From: Candidatus Sericytochromatia bacterium
Lineage (GTDB): Bacteria > Cyanobacteriota > Sericytochromatia > S15B-MN24 > UBA4093
Direction of reading: 5' to 3'
DNA length: 64,000 nt
Assembly: GCA_036676495.1 (NCBI GenBank)
Contig: JAKFCT010000046.1
Location: forward strand, 17,029 to 81,028
Positions 9,746 to 18,852 of the stretch are shown piece after piece. The position numbers and the translations under genes were made by a program. The notes below the pieces were generated by a model. That model had not been told where the DNA came from, searched no databases, and worked only from the letters and a program-made list of their open reading frames with translations. Numbering within the stretch: the first letter of the stretch is position 1; each line of letters begins with the position of its first letter.

Positions 9746-10540
9746 TCAGGGCTGTCCCAGGACGGCCCGCTTCACGAAGGCCGCCTTGCGCGGAGCGTCC
9801 CGCAGCATCGTCTCTTGATGCAAGTGATAGCAGGCGAAGGCCTGGCCCAGGTCGGAGCGGGGGTCCTGCTTCTGGCGGTCATGGGTGAACTCCTCGCGCC
9901 AGTCCGAGACGTCCCGATGCTCATGGCGGTAGTCGAACGGCAGGTCGTACGCGTCGTTGACGCCATAGGGCGTCCGGCCTCCCGGTCCTTGGGCCTTCCA
10001 CTCGCTGAGCGTGGCGAAGACCCCGACCTTCTCGAGATTTCGGCTCGCGCCGGGGCGATTCATGAGGGAGGAGGCACTCACTCCGGCCTGTCCGGTCGAG
10101 ACCGTCTGCCGGAAGGTTTCGAGGTCGAGCGGGTTCGCGACCCAGGCGAGCGCCACCGCGTGCAGGGTCGCCATGGCGATCGCCTCGTCGTTGTAGGCGC
10201 CGCCTCCGAGGTAGGCCCCGTCCTGGAGGCCGATTTCCTGCATGCTCGCGTCGTAGAACTCGGGGGCCTTCGGCGTGGCCTGCTGCACGCGCTTCAGGCG
10301 GCGGATGGGCTGCTTGGCGAGGAAGCCCCGGTCGACCTTGCGCAAGGCGTCCTGCACGGCGATGAGCTCGGAGCCCCAGCGCGCGCCGTCGGCCCCCTCG
10401 ACCACTTGAAGACCGAACTCCCTCTGGATGTCCTGTTTGAGGACCGTGAGGTCGGTGTCCGAGATCTGGCGGAAAGTCGGCAGCCAGGCGCATCCCGAGA
10501 GGAACAGCATGCCGCTCATGACCGAAAATCGAAGCTTCAT
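9746..10540 (-). CDS. hypothetical lipoprotein, possibly degenerate zincin-like fold
   Basis: Lipobox FLSG|C; no intact catalytic motif seen. Confidence 0.6.
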   Translation of the reverse strand: MKLRFSVMSGMLFLSGCAWLPTFRQISDTDLTVLKQDIQREFGLQVVEGADGARWGSELIAVQDALRKVDRGFLAKQPIRRLKRVQQATPKAPEFYDASMQEIGLQDGAYLGGGAYNDEAIAMATLHAVALAWVANPLDLETFRQTVSTGQAGVSASSLMNRPGASRNLEKVGVFATLSEWKAQGPGGRTPYGVNDAYDLPFDYRHEHRDVSDWREEFTHDRQKQDPRSDLGQAFACYHLHQETMLRDAPRKAAFVKRAVLGQP

Positions 10541-10714
10541 CGGAACACCCCGCTTTCCCCCGCCACCCGTTCAAGGGGGCGGGCACTCGGGATCCATTAT
10601 GCCCCGAACGCCCCCGATCCAGAAAGCCCGCGGATCTGGAGGGTAGAAGATCGCTTGACTGGGGAATAAGCGAGTAAGACCGCCTTCACCTTTCATTCAC
10701 ATCAGGTTGTATCA

Positions 10715-11668
10715 ATGGCCAACGTCCTGATCGTCGATTCCTCCCAACTGATGCTGCGGAACATGTTGGCCCTGCTGAGCCCTCACGGCTTCAACCTCCA
10801 GCTGGCCACATCGCCGATGCAAGCCCTCTCCATGCTGACGCGGCAGCGCCCGGACGTGATCGTCCTGGACGCCTACCTGCCCGGCGTCAACGGAGGGGAG
10901 TTCACCCGGCTCCTGCGCTCGAACCCCTCCTCCGAGGACATCCCGGTGATCCTCACGGCCAGCGAGGACCGGCTCCCCAAGTCCTTCGCCGAGATCGGCG
11001 CTCAGGCCCTCCTGGTGAAACCGATCGACATGGAGGTTCTCGCCAAGCTCATAAAGGGCTTCGTCGACCCGATGCCGAAGGAAAAGGAAGCGATCAAGTT
11101 CCTGCTGCTGGAGCATCCCGAGGACCTGAACGTCGAGGTGATCAAGGTCAAGACCCATGAGGTGCATATCCGGGGCGCGGAGTTGCCGAAGCTCCACGGC
11201 GGAGAGGCCGTGATCCTCAGCTACGGGGCGGATGCGGGGCTGGTGGCGCGAGACGCCACGGTCCAGACCTTCCAGGACGGGGTCGCCGTCCTGAGCCTGG
11301 GCGCCAAGGTCATCATCAAGCAGCAGCGCCGCTTCTTCCGGCGCGAGATCTCCCTGCCCCTGCGCTACCGCATCCCCGGAGACTTCTTCCGGCTCGCTCG
11401 CACCCTGGACATCTCCGCGGGGGGCATTCGCGCCATCGGCATGGGCGGAGCCCTGGAGATCGGGATGGCTCTCGACTTCCAGCTGGTCATCGATCCCGCG
11501 ATGCAACTGAGCATCCGAGGCGTGATCCGGCGCCTGGAGCCCGAAGCGGAGGGCGTGATGGCCGGGATCGAGTTCCAGGACATGGATCCCCGGGTCCAGG
11601 CCGAACTGACCATGTTCCTCTTCAACGGATCTCGCCTGGTGGCTTCAGTCCCCCAAGCGGCCCCCTGA
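10715..11668 (+). CDS. response regulator with C-terminal PilZ domain
   Basis: REC (VLIVD, IVLDAYLP, LTA, VKP); PilZ motifs RRFFR and DISAGG. Confidence 0.85.
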   Translation: MANVLIVDSSQLMLRNMLALLSPHGFNLQLATSPMQALSMLTRQRPDVIVLDAYLPGVNGGEFTRLLRSNPSSEDIPVILTASEDRLPKSFAEIGAQALLVKPIDMEVLAKLIKGFVDPMPKEKEAIKFLLLEHPEDLNVEVIKVKTHEVHIRGAELPKLHGGEAVILSYGADAGLVARDATVQTFQDGVAVLSLGAKVIIKQQRRFFRREISLPLRYRIPGDFFRLARTLDISAGGIRAIGMGGALEIGMALDFQLVIDPAMQLSIRGVIRRLEPEAEGVMAGIEFQDMDPRVQAELTMFLFNGSRLVASVPQAAP

Positions 11669-11729
11669 GCGAGACGCTCCCCCCCACCCCATGCCCCCGT
11701 CGGTCCTCCGAACCGGGGGCATTTCCTCG

Positions 11730-11780
11730 TTGACAGGCTTGATTGGCGCGTGTTACGCTCTTTTTGACAATTATTCTCAA
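11730..11780 (+). promoter_or_regulatory. sigma70 promoter and Fur box for feoAB
   Basis: TTGACA at 11730, TGnTACGCT at 11751; TTGACAAT-T-ATTCTCAA (11764-11780) fits the 7-1-7 Fur consensus. Confidence 0.75.
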
Positions 11781-11793
11781 TAGGAGAGAAACC

Positions 11794-12036
11794 ATGCCGC
11801 CAAGCCCCTCCATCACGCTCGATCAGGCGCGCAAGGGTGATCGCCTGCTCATCCAGGCCATCCCCGACGCGACCGTGAGGGTCCAGGTGGTCCGCTTCGG
11901 ACTCGCGATCGGCGCGACGGTCACCTGCCAGTCGGTCATGCCCGGCGGCCCGGTGATCCTGCGCCGGGGTTTCCAGGAGATCGCCATCGGCCGCGACCTC
12001 GCCCGCACCATTCAGGTGGAGAGGCAAGCCTCATGA
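11794..12036 (+). CDS. feoA: ferrous iron transport protein A
   Basis: 80-aa SH3-like protein, GPVIL..QEIAIGRDLARTIQV; overlaps the feoB start. Confidence 0.9.
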   Translation: MPPSPSITLDQARKGDRLLIQAIPDATVRVQVVRFGLAIGATVTCQSVMPGGPVILRRGFQEIAIGRDLARTIQVERQAS

Positions 12037-13889
12037 GAAGCCCGATCAACACCCACCACCACGCCAAGACCATGCCCACGCAAGGCCGCCGGATCGTCCT
12101 CGCTGGCAACCCCAACGTCGGCAAGTCGGTCTTCTTCAACGCCCTGACGGGCCTCTACGTCGACGTCTCCAACTACCCCGGCACCACCATCGAGATCTCG
12201 CGCGCCGCCTACGGCGACGACACCCTCATGGACACCCCCGGGGTCTACGGCGTCTCCAGCTTCAACGACGAGGAGCGGATCGCCCGCGACATCATCCTCG
12301 ACGCCGACGTCGTCCTCAACGTCGTCTCCAGCCTCTCGCTCGAGCGCGACCTCTTCCTCACCCAGCAGCTTCTCGACATGGGCAAGCGCGTCGTGGTGGC
12401 CCTCAACCAGATCGACGAGGCCCGCGCCAACGGCCTCGCCATCGACGCCGATCGCCTGAGCGCGCTCCTGGGCGTCCCGGTCATCCCGACCGTGGCGACC
12501 AAGGGCCAGGGCGTCTCCGAGGTCCGCGCGGCCCTCGCCCGCGCCTTCGACGCAGCCCCCCCTCGGCTCGATCCCGATCTCCAGCGGCTCTGCGATCGCC
12601 TGGATGCCGGCACCCCCGCCGAGCGCCTCATGATCCTCGAAGGCGACGAAACCGTCGCCGAACGCCTGGGCCTGCTCCCCGGGACCGAGCGCGAGGCGCT
12701 CTACGCCCTGCGCCGGACGCGGGTCAACGCCCTGGTCGCCGACGTCGTGAAGGAGTCCGTCCAAGGCGCCACCTTCTCCACCCGGCTCGGCCGCTTGATG
12801 CTGCACCCCGTCGCGGGCCTCGCCGCCGCCGCCGTGATCCTGGCCGGCCTCTACTACTTCGTCGGAGACCTGATCGCCCAGCAGCTGGTCGGCATCACCG
12901 AAGAAACGATCATGCTCGGCATGTACGAGCCTGCCGTCCGGGGCCTGGTGGAGCGCGTCTTCGCCGAAGGCACCCACCTTCACACCATCCTGGTCGGCGA
13001 GTTCGGCCTCCTCACCATGACGGTGACCTACATCCTCGGGCTGCTCCTGCCGTTGGCGGTCGGGTTCTACTTCTTCCTGGCCGTTCTTGAGGATTCCGGC
13101 TACCTGCCGCGGCTCGCCGTGCTGGTGGATCGCGGCCTCTCCAAAATGGGCCTGAACGGCCGCGCGGTCATCCCGCTGATCATCGGCTTCGGCTGCGTCA
13201 CGATGGCGACCATCACCACGCGCCTGCTGGGAACCCAGCGCGAGCGCACCATCGCCACCGCCATCCTGGGCCTCACCATCCCGTGCTCGGCCCAGGTCGG
13301 CGTCATCCTCGGCATGCTGGCCACGGTCGGCGGCTGGCAGGCATGGGCCATCTACGGCGGCACCATGTTCACCGTCCTGGTCGCGGTCGGCACCATCCTG
13401 GACAAGGTCGTGCCCGGCAAGTCCTCGTCCCTGCTCATCGACCTGCCGCCCATGCGCCTTCCCAACTGGAAGAACGTCTTCAAGAAGACCGGCGTCAAGA
13501 GCTGGGGCTTCCTGACCGAAGCCTCCCCGCTCTTCATGCTGGGCGCGCTCATCGTCACCCTGCTTCAGATCTCGGGCGGCCTCGAGGTCATCCAGCGCGC
13601 CCTGGCCCCCGCCACGGTCGGCTTGCTGCACCTGCCTCCCCAGGCGGCGACCGCCTTCATCATGGGCCTGATCCGGCGCGACTTCGGCGCCGCGGGGCTC
13701 ACCAGCCTGCCGCTCAGCCCCGATCAGGTGATCGTCTCGCTGGTGGTCATCACGCTCTTCGTTCCCTGCATCGCGACCGTGACCGTGCTCTTCAAGGAGC
13801 GGGGCTGGCGCGAAGCCCTCACCCTCTGGCTCGGCTCCTGGGTGATCGCCTTCGCCGTCGGCGGCGTGCTCGCGGCCATCCTGATGTAG
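12033..13889 (+). CDS. feoB: ferrous iron transporter B
   Basis: GNPNVGKS, NYPGTT, DTPG, EDSGYLPR, GFGC, TIPCSAQ, multiple TM segments. Confidence 0.96.
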   Translation: MRSPINTHHHAKTMPTQGRRIVLAGNPNVGKSVFFNALTGLYVDVSNYPGTTIEISRAAYGDDTLMDTPGVYGVSSFNDEERIARDIILDADVVLNVVSSLSLERDLFLTQQLLDMGKRVVVALNQIDEARANGLAIDADRLSALLGVPVIPTVATKGQGVSEVRAALARAFDAAPPRLDPDLQRLCDRLDAGTPAERLMILEGDETVAERLGLLPGTEREALYALRRTRVNALVADVVKESVQGATFSTRLGRLMLHPVAGLAAAAVILAGLYYFVGDLIAQQLVGITEETIMLGMYEPAVRGLVERVFAEGTHLHTILVGEFGLLTMTVTYILGLLLPLAVGFYFFLAVLEDSGYLPRLAVLVDRGLSKMGLNGRAVIPLIIGFGCVTMATITTRLLGTQRERTIATAILGLTIPCSAQVGVILGMLATVGGWQAWAIYGGTMFTVLVAVGTILDKVVPGKSSSLLIDLPPMRLPNWKNVFKKTGVKSWGFLTEASPLFMLGALIVTLLQISGGLEVIQRALAPATVGLLHLPPQAATAFIMGLIRRDFGAAGLTSLPLSPDQVIVSLVVITLFVPCIATVTVLFKERGWREALTLWLGSWVIAFAVGGVLAAILM

Positions 13890-13912
13890 GGCGGTTTCGA
13901 AAGGAGTTCGCC

Positions 13913-14068
13913 ATGCAACGCGTCGGATGCCCCACCTGCTGCTACGTCGTCGAGGTCGAAGGGACCGAGGCCCGTTGCCCGCGCTGCATGGCCGTCGTGA
14001 GAGCCGTCATGGCCTGCGCCATGGCCAACAGCAAATGCGGCGCCTGCCCGTCGAACCATACAGCCTGA
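13913..14068 (+). CDS. small Cys-rich metal-binding protein (51 aa, 8 Cys)
   Basis: AAGGAG RBS; MQRVGCPTCC..CPRC..C..CGAC directly after feoB. Confidence 0.7.
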   Translation: MQRVGCPTCCYVVEVEGTEARCPRCMAVVRAVMACAMANSKCGACPSNHTA

Positions 14069-14105
14069 CCTTTTCGAGCCGCCGGGACGATGGTCTAATG
14101 AACCC

Positions 14106-14453
14106 ATGATTCAAAACGTTCTGAGTTACCTGATCCAACACGACGGAGCCCCCGTCACCGAGATTCAACGGGTCTTCAAGCTCTCCGCGGACATGGCCGC
14201 CAACATCCTGATCCAGCTGGAGGATGCGGGCCTGCTTTACGAGCAGAAGCTCGAAGCCTGTCACCACATGGACTCCGACGGTCAGATGCTGACGCATGCC
14301 CATACGGGAGGCTGCGGCTCCGGCAACTGCGCCTCGGCGGAAGGCGCATGCGGCATCACCGAGTCCTTCGAGCGCGGCTGCTGCGGCATGAACGCGCCCT
14401 ATCGCATCACCCCCGCCGGCCGCTCCTTCCTGGAGCGCTTCGCCGCCAGCTGA
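14106..14453 (+). CDS. FeoC-like winged-helix protein with Cys/His-rich wing
   Basis: wHTH pattern (LIQLEDAGLL..YRITPAGR) with insert CHH..HAH..CGSGNC..C..CC. Confidence 0.7.
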   Translation: MIQNVLSYLIQHDGAPVTEIQRVFKLSADMAANILIQLEDAGLLYEQKLEACHHMDSDGQMLTHAHTGGCGSGNCASAEGACGITESFERGCCGMNAPYRITPAGRSFLERFAAS

Positions 14454-14468
14454 TGCCCCCTCGATAGC

Positions 14469-14508
14469 AAAACGCGCGGGCCGCTCCGGATTCGGAGCGG
14501 CCCGCGCG
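14469..14508. terminator. hairpin terminator between convergent feo and slt genes
   Basis: AAAA-CGCGCGGGCCGCTCCG-GATT-CGGAGCGGCCCGCGCG. Confidence 0.7.
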
Positions 14509-14544
14509 GCTTGTGAGGACCTCGCGAAACGCGGAGGCCGGGGT

Positions 14545-16851
14545 TCAAGGCCTTCCGTAGAGCGCCTGATAGCTCCAGAGGTTGCCGAAGACCTTCTTGA
14601 CGTAGTGGCGGGTCTCCGAATACGGGACCGCCTCCACCCAGGCATCCATGTCCCCGCCCCCGTTGCCGCGCCACTTGCGCACGGCTCCGGGGCCGGCGTT
14701 GTAGGCCGCGACGGCGTACGGGGAAATCCCCTCGAACTCGCCGTGCGTGTACCTCAGGTACCAGGCTCCCAGCTTGAGGTTCCAGAAGGGATCCGTCAGC
14801 TCCCGCTCGGGGCCGGGCACTTGCTTGCGCACCCAGTCCGCGGTGTAAGGCATCAGCTGAGCCAGGCCCATCGCCCCCACCCAGGAGCGGGAAGTCGGGT
14901 CGAAGAGGCTCTCCTGCTTGACCAAGGAGGTCAAGAGCAAGGGATCGATCCCATTGAGGGCGGCAGCCCGCTCCACCAGGGGACGGTACCCGAGCGGGAA
15001 GAGCAGGCGCGCGTCCTTGCCGGTCGCGACCGCGATGGTCCGGCGGTACTGCCCCGCCTGCAGGTGCAGCCAGGCCCGAAGGTCGGCATCCGCCTTCACC
15101 TTCTGGGAGTAGCGCAGGGCCGGCTCGGTCATGCCCAGGTAGACCCACTCCCGGACGGAGGCGGGCCAGTCGGCCATCTGCGCGAGGTAACGGGAGGCCG
15201 GGTTGGCCGGGTCGATCGCGCCGCCGTCCACGAGGGGCCTCAGGTCGTCCTGAGGCGCCGTGAGGGCCACGGGCTTGACGACGTAGCCGGGATCGGCCTC
15301 GCGCCCTTCCAGCGCGTCCAGGCGGTGCTTGGAGCGCCAGGAGTAGTAGGAGTTGGGGCGATGGGTCGAAGCCTTCCGATAGACGGCGATCGCCTCGGCC
15401 TTCCGGCCCTCGCGCTCGAGGATCTTACCCAGCCAGAAGGCTCCCCCGGGACCGTTCACCGTCTGAAGCGAATGGTAGCCCAGCTCCGTGGCCCAACGCT
15501 TGGCTGCTTTGAGGTTTCCGGCCGCATAGGCCTTCTGCATGAAGCGCCAGCGCACTTCGATAGCCTCCGAAGAATTGGGGAAGCGCTTGACGAGCGCCTG
15601 CTCGAAGGGAACGGCCTGAGCGTCGAGGTCCTGCTTGCGATAGACGAGCGCGAGGCGGTTGAGGCCTTGAAGGCCCCATTCGTCGTTCAGCGCCGAGGCC
15701 TTCTTGAAGAACTCCGCGGCCGCCGGGTAGCGCTTGCGCTGATCCTCGAGGCGTCCCAGCGCGACCAGGGACCGCCCGCGCAGCTCGGCATGGCCGGCCG
15801 AGCGGTGCAGGAGCTGATTGGCCTCGTAGTAGTTGCCGAGTTGCCAGTGGCAGACGCCCCGGCGGTAGATGCCCCAGGGCGAGTCATTGCCCTCGAGCAG
15901 CTGAAGCGCGAGCTTGTAGTCGCCGCGATCCATCAGGTCCAGCGCGACGTTGTAACGCTCCTTGGGAGGAAGGTCGTGGGTGGCCAGCGCGCGGGCCACG
16001 TCCTTGAGATGAGGTCCCGAGGGATGAGCTTCCCGGTAGCGGCGCAGCCACGTGAGCGGGTCCTCGCTGCTGCGGGTTCCCAGCAGGTACAGCGCCTCCT
16101 CGGCTTCCGCGGAGTCGGGGGACTCGGTGGCGATCGCCTCCCAGTGCTCCTCGGCCCGGTCCTCGTCGAGCTTCGAGAGGGCCATGTGCGCGCTCGAGAC
16201 CAGCGGGCTCTTGGGATAGCGCGCGACCATGCTGTCGAGAAGGGTCTTGGCGGCCCCCGGATCGGTCTCGGCGCGCAGCAAGCCTTCGCGCCAAAGCGAC
16301 CACTCGCTGAGGTCCGGGAACGTCAAGCGCAGGTCGCGGCAGCGATCCGCGGCTTCCTGCGTCCGGCCTTCCCGGATCAGGCATTCGGTGACGATCAGGC
16401 CGGAGCGCCGTGCGAAGGGATTGCCGGCCTGCGACTCCGCCAGCGCCTCGAAGCGCTCCCGCAAGGGCGTCCAGTCGTCCTCGTCGCCGGAAGCCACCTT
16501 CACGCGGTAATCCGCCATCAAGGCCTCGAAAGCGGCGCCGTGCTGCGCGTCGCGCTCCAGCTCCTCGCGCGCCGCGTTCGCGACCGAGCGGACCTGAGCC
16601 GCTTGCTGCCAGGCGGCGAGCGCCTTCTCGCGGTTCCCGAGACGGTAATAGGCGCGTCCGAGATCCAGGGTGAGCGCGGGATCCCGGGTGGCGGCACTTT
16701 CCCAGTGGCGCACGGCCTCGGTGTAATTCTTGAACTGATAGGCCAGCCGTCCTTGCAGGGCAGGGACGTCCGGGCGGGCCATGCCCACGGTGAGGGAAGC
16801 GGAGAGCAAGAGGGTGCCAGCCAGCAAAAAGCGGGGGAGTCGACGTCTCAC
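14545..16851 (-). CDS. slt: TPR-containing soluble lytic transglycosylase
   Basis: Signal peptide, TPR repeats, SLT motifs KQES, GAMGLAQLMP, AYNAGPG, ETRHYVKKV. Confidence 0.9.
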   Translation of the reverse strand: MRRRLPRFLLAGTLLLSASLTVGMARPDVPALQGRLAYQFKNYTEAVRHWESAATRDPALTLDLGRAYYRLGNREKALAAWQQAAQVRSVANAAREELERDAQHGAAFEALMADYRVKVASGDEDDWTPLRERFEALAESQAGNPFARRSGLIVTECLIREGRTQEAADRCRDLRLTFPDLSEWSLWREGLLRAETDPGAAKTLLDSMVARYPKSPLVSSAHMALSKLDEDRAEEHWEAIATESPDSAEAEEALYLLGTRSSEDPLTWLRRYREAHPSGPHLKDVARALATHDLPPKERYNVALDLMDRGDYKLALQLLEGNDSPWGIYRRGVCHWQLGNYYEANQLLHRSAGHAELRGRSLVALGRLEDQRKRYPAAAEFFKKASALNDEWGLQGLNRLALVYRKQDLDAQAVPFEQALVKRFPNSSEAIEVRWRFMQKAYAAGNLKAAKRWATELGYHSLQTVNGPGGAFWLGKILEREGRKAEAIAVYRKASTHRPNSYYSWRSKHRLDALEGREADPGYVVKPVALTAPQDDLRPLVDGGAIDPANPASRYLAQMADWPASVREWVYLGMTEPALRYSQKVKADADLRAWLHLQAGQYRRTIAVATGKDARLLFPLGYRPLVERAAALNGIDPLLLTSLVKQESLFDPTSRSWVGAMGLAQLMPYTADWVRKQVPGPERELTDPFWNLKLGAWYLRYTHGEFEGISPYAVAAYNAGPGAVRKWRGNGGGDMDAWVEAVPYSETRHYVKKVFGNLWSYQALYGRP

Positions 16852-16992
16852 AGGTCCTACCTTCCTACTTCCCCCCGGCTGGATGCGGCATCCGCCGAGG
16901 GACGCTCCCGCAACCGCCGCACGATCATGCGACGGGGGGACGCTCGGGGGGAGATGAGGGATCCCAGGTTCCTTACCCGGCCAGCCCCGACC

Positions 16993-17763
16993 CTACACCT
17001 GGGCGAAAACCGCTTGAATCGCGGAATGCAGGCGGGTGTTGCTGGCCAAGATCTCGCGGGCGTACGGATCGAAGGGGTTACCTTGGTAATCGGTGACCAT
17101 GCCTCCGGCCTCCTGGACGATCAAGGCGCCTGCCGCGACGTCCCAGGCCGAGAGGCCCGGTTCCCAGAAGGCCTCGTAGCGGCCGCAGGCCACCTGACAG
17201 AGGTCAAGCGCCGCAGACCCGGCGCGCCGGACGCCCTGGGAGTGATGGAGCATGGCTTTGAAGCGATCGTAGTTGCTGCCGGATTGAATGACGTCGTAGG
17301 GGAAACCCGTGGAGAGGAGTGCCCGCTTGAGTTCTTCGACCGGGGAAACCTGGATCGGGTTCCCGTTGAGCGTGGCCCCGAAGCCCCGAGCCGCCGAGAA
17401 CATCTCGTCCCAGATGGGGTGATAGACGGCCCCGGCCACGATCGCGCCGTCGATGGAAAGCGCGATCGAGACGCAGTAGTAAGGGAAGCCATGGGCGTAG
17501 TTGGTCGTCCCGTCGACCGGATCGACGATCCAGCGATAGGCGGACGCGCTGGACGCGAGGCCTTCCTCTTCGCCCAGGACGTCGTGATCAGGGTAGCGTC
17601 GGGCGATCTCCTCGCGGATGAGGGTCTCGGCCATGCGGTCGACCTCGGTCACGATGTCGATGTCGCCCTTGTACTCGATGCGTTGAATCTTGCCGCGATG
17701 CTCGCGCAGGATGACCCCGGCCTTGCGGGCGACCTCCTCGGCGAAGTGACGGTATGCTTGCAC
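16993..17763 (-). CDS. suhB: inositol monophosphatase
   Basis: VTEVD, GEE, WIVDPVDGTTNY, WDVAAG; GTG start with AAGGAGG RBS. Confidence 0.92.
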   Translation of the reverse strand: MQAYRHFAEEVARKAGVILREHRGKIQRIEYKGDIDIVTEVDRMAETLIREEIARRYPDHDVLGEEEGLASSASAYRWIVDPVDGTTNYAHGFPYYCVSIALSIDGAIVAGAVYHPIWDEMFSAARGFGATLNGNPIQVSPVEELKRALLSTGFPYDVIQSGSNYDRFKAMLHHSQGVRRAGSAALDLCQVACGRYEAFWEPGLSAWDVAAGALIVQEAGGMVTDYQGNPFDPYAREILASNTRLHSAIQAVFAQV

Positions 17764-17933
17764 GGATCTGCCTCCTTGAGCGGCTCGCCTCATGGCCCCC
17801 CTCACGCGAGGACTCCGGGCCATGGCCGCGGCCCCATGATAGCACTCCCCCCTCCGGGCGATCCGGTTCAGCTCCGGGATCGAGCCGGGTATAAACCAAG
17901 CATCAGGACGATCGATCGGGCAAGGAGGCGAAA

Positions 17934-18818
17934 ATGGCCATTCAGCGTTGGGCGCTAGCTCTGGGAGCCACCCTGCTCCTCAGCGCGCCCTCCTGGGCTG
18001 CCGCCAAAACCGCCGAAAACCTGGACTTCCGGCTGGAGGTGGAATCGATTTCCTGGACGGCAACAGGCTTCGTGGTGAAGGCGCAGATCGAGAACCGCAC
18101 GGGCAGCCCCGACCTCTTCCTGCACCATGAGGCGAACCGTGACGATCCGGACGGCTTCACGTACACGCCGACGGAGCCCGGCGCCGCGGCGGCGCAACGC
18201 CGGACCTTCACCCTCAAGGGGCTGACGCAGGCGCGCAGTGCGGCCTCGCTGGCCTTCGGAGTGGCGGCCAACGAGAACGCCGGCCTCCTGATCGTGGGAG
18301 AGGCGCGTCCGCCGTACCGGCAAGTGGCGATCGCCCTCCAGCCCCTGCTTCCCGAGCGCCCCTCATCCCCCCCTCCGACCGCCAAGGCGCCTGCTGCCGG
18401 CGTTTCCGGGGACGCCCAGCCGATACGTTCGAAGTCGGAGGGGCTTGCGGAGGGGAGTTCCGGCCAGAGTAACGGGCCCATCAAGCGCTTCATGCCGCCG
18501 CACCCGTCCCTGGGTGACAGCATCGCGCTTTGGGAGGGGAAAGCGGGCCCACAGGGAGACGGTTGGACGCGGCTTTACACGGAGCTTCCCGAGATCACCC
18601 TGGACGAGCTCGCACGCGTGCTGGAAAGCCCCGCGCAGATCTGGCATGGCCGCGAGGGGTATCTCTACTTGCGCAACGTGGGGGGACAGCGCGCGCTGGC
18701 GGTCTCTGTCCGGGACGCGCAGGTGATCTCCGCGCGCTACGTCACTCCCCAGACCTTGGGGCAGGTCCTCGGCCCCAAGACGCGTTACCCGAAGCGGATC
18801 TACATGGGGCGGCCGTAG
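17934..18818 (+). CDS. secreted hypothetical two-domain protein
   Basis: AAGGAGG RBS, Sec signal peptide (SWA|A), Pro-rich linker. Confidence 0.7.
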   Translation: MAIQRWALALGATLLLSAPSWAAAKTAENLDFRLEVESISWTATGFVVKAQIENRTGSPDLFLHHEANRDDPDGFTYTPTEPGAAAAQRRTFTLKGLTQARSAASLAFGVAANENAGLLIVGEARPPYRQVAIALQPLLPERPSSPPPTAKAPAAGVSGDAQPIRSKSEGLAEGSSGQSNGPIKRFMPPHPSLGDSIALWEGKAGPQGDGWTRLYTELPEITLDELARVLESPAQIWHGREGYLYLRNVGGQRALAVSVRDAQVISARYVTPQTLGQVLGPKTRYPKRIYMGRP

Positions 18819-18852
18819 CGGCCGCCGCGACCGAGCGCGGCGGCGAGACGGC

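Noticed and set aside
14605-17958. 1117-aa plus-strand ORF, and similar long ORFs such as 31027-33165, 12012-13631 and 49612-51183
   Set aside because: They are antisense shadows of well-supported genes, expected at high GC3, and carry no recognisable motifs
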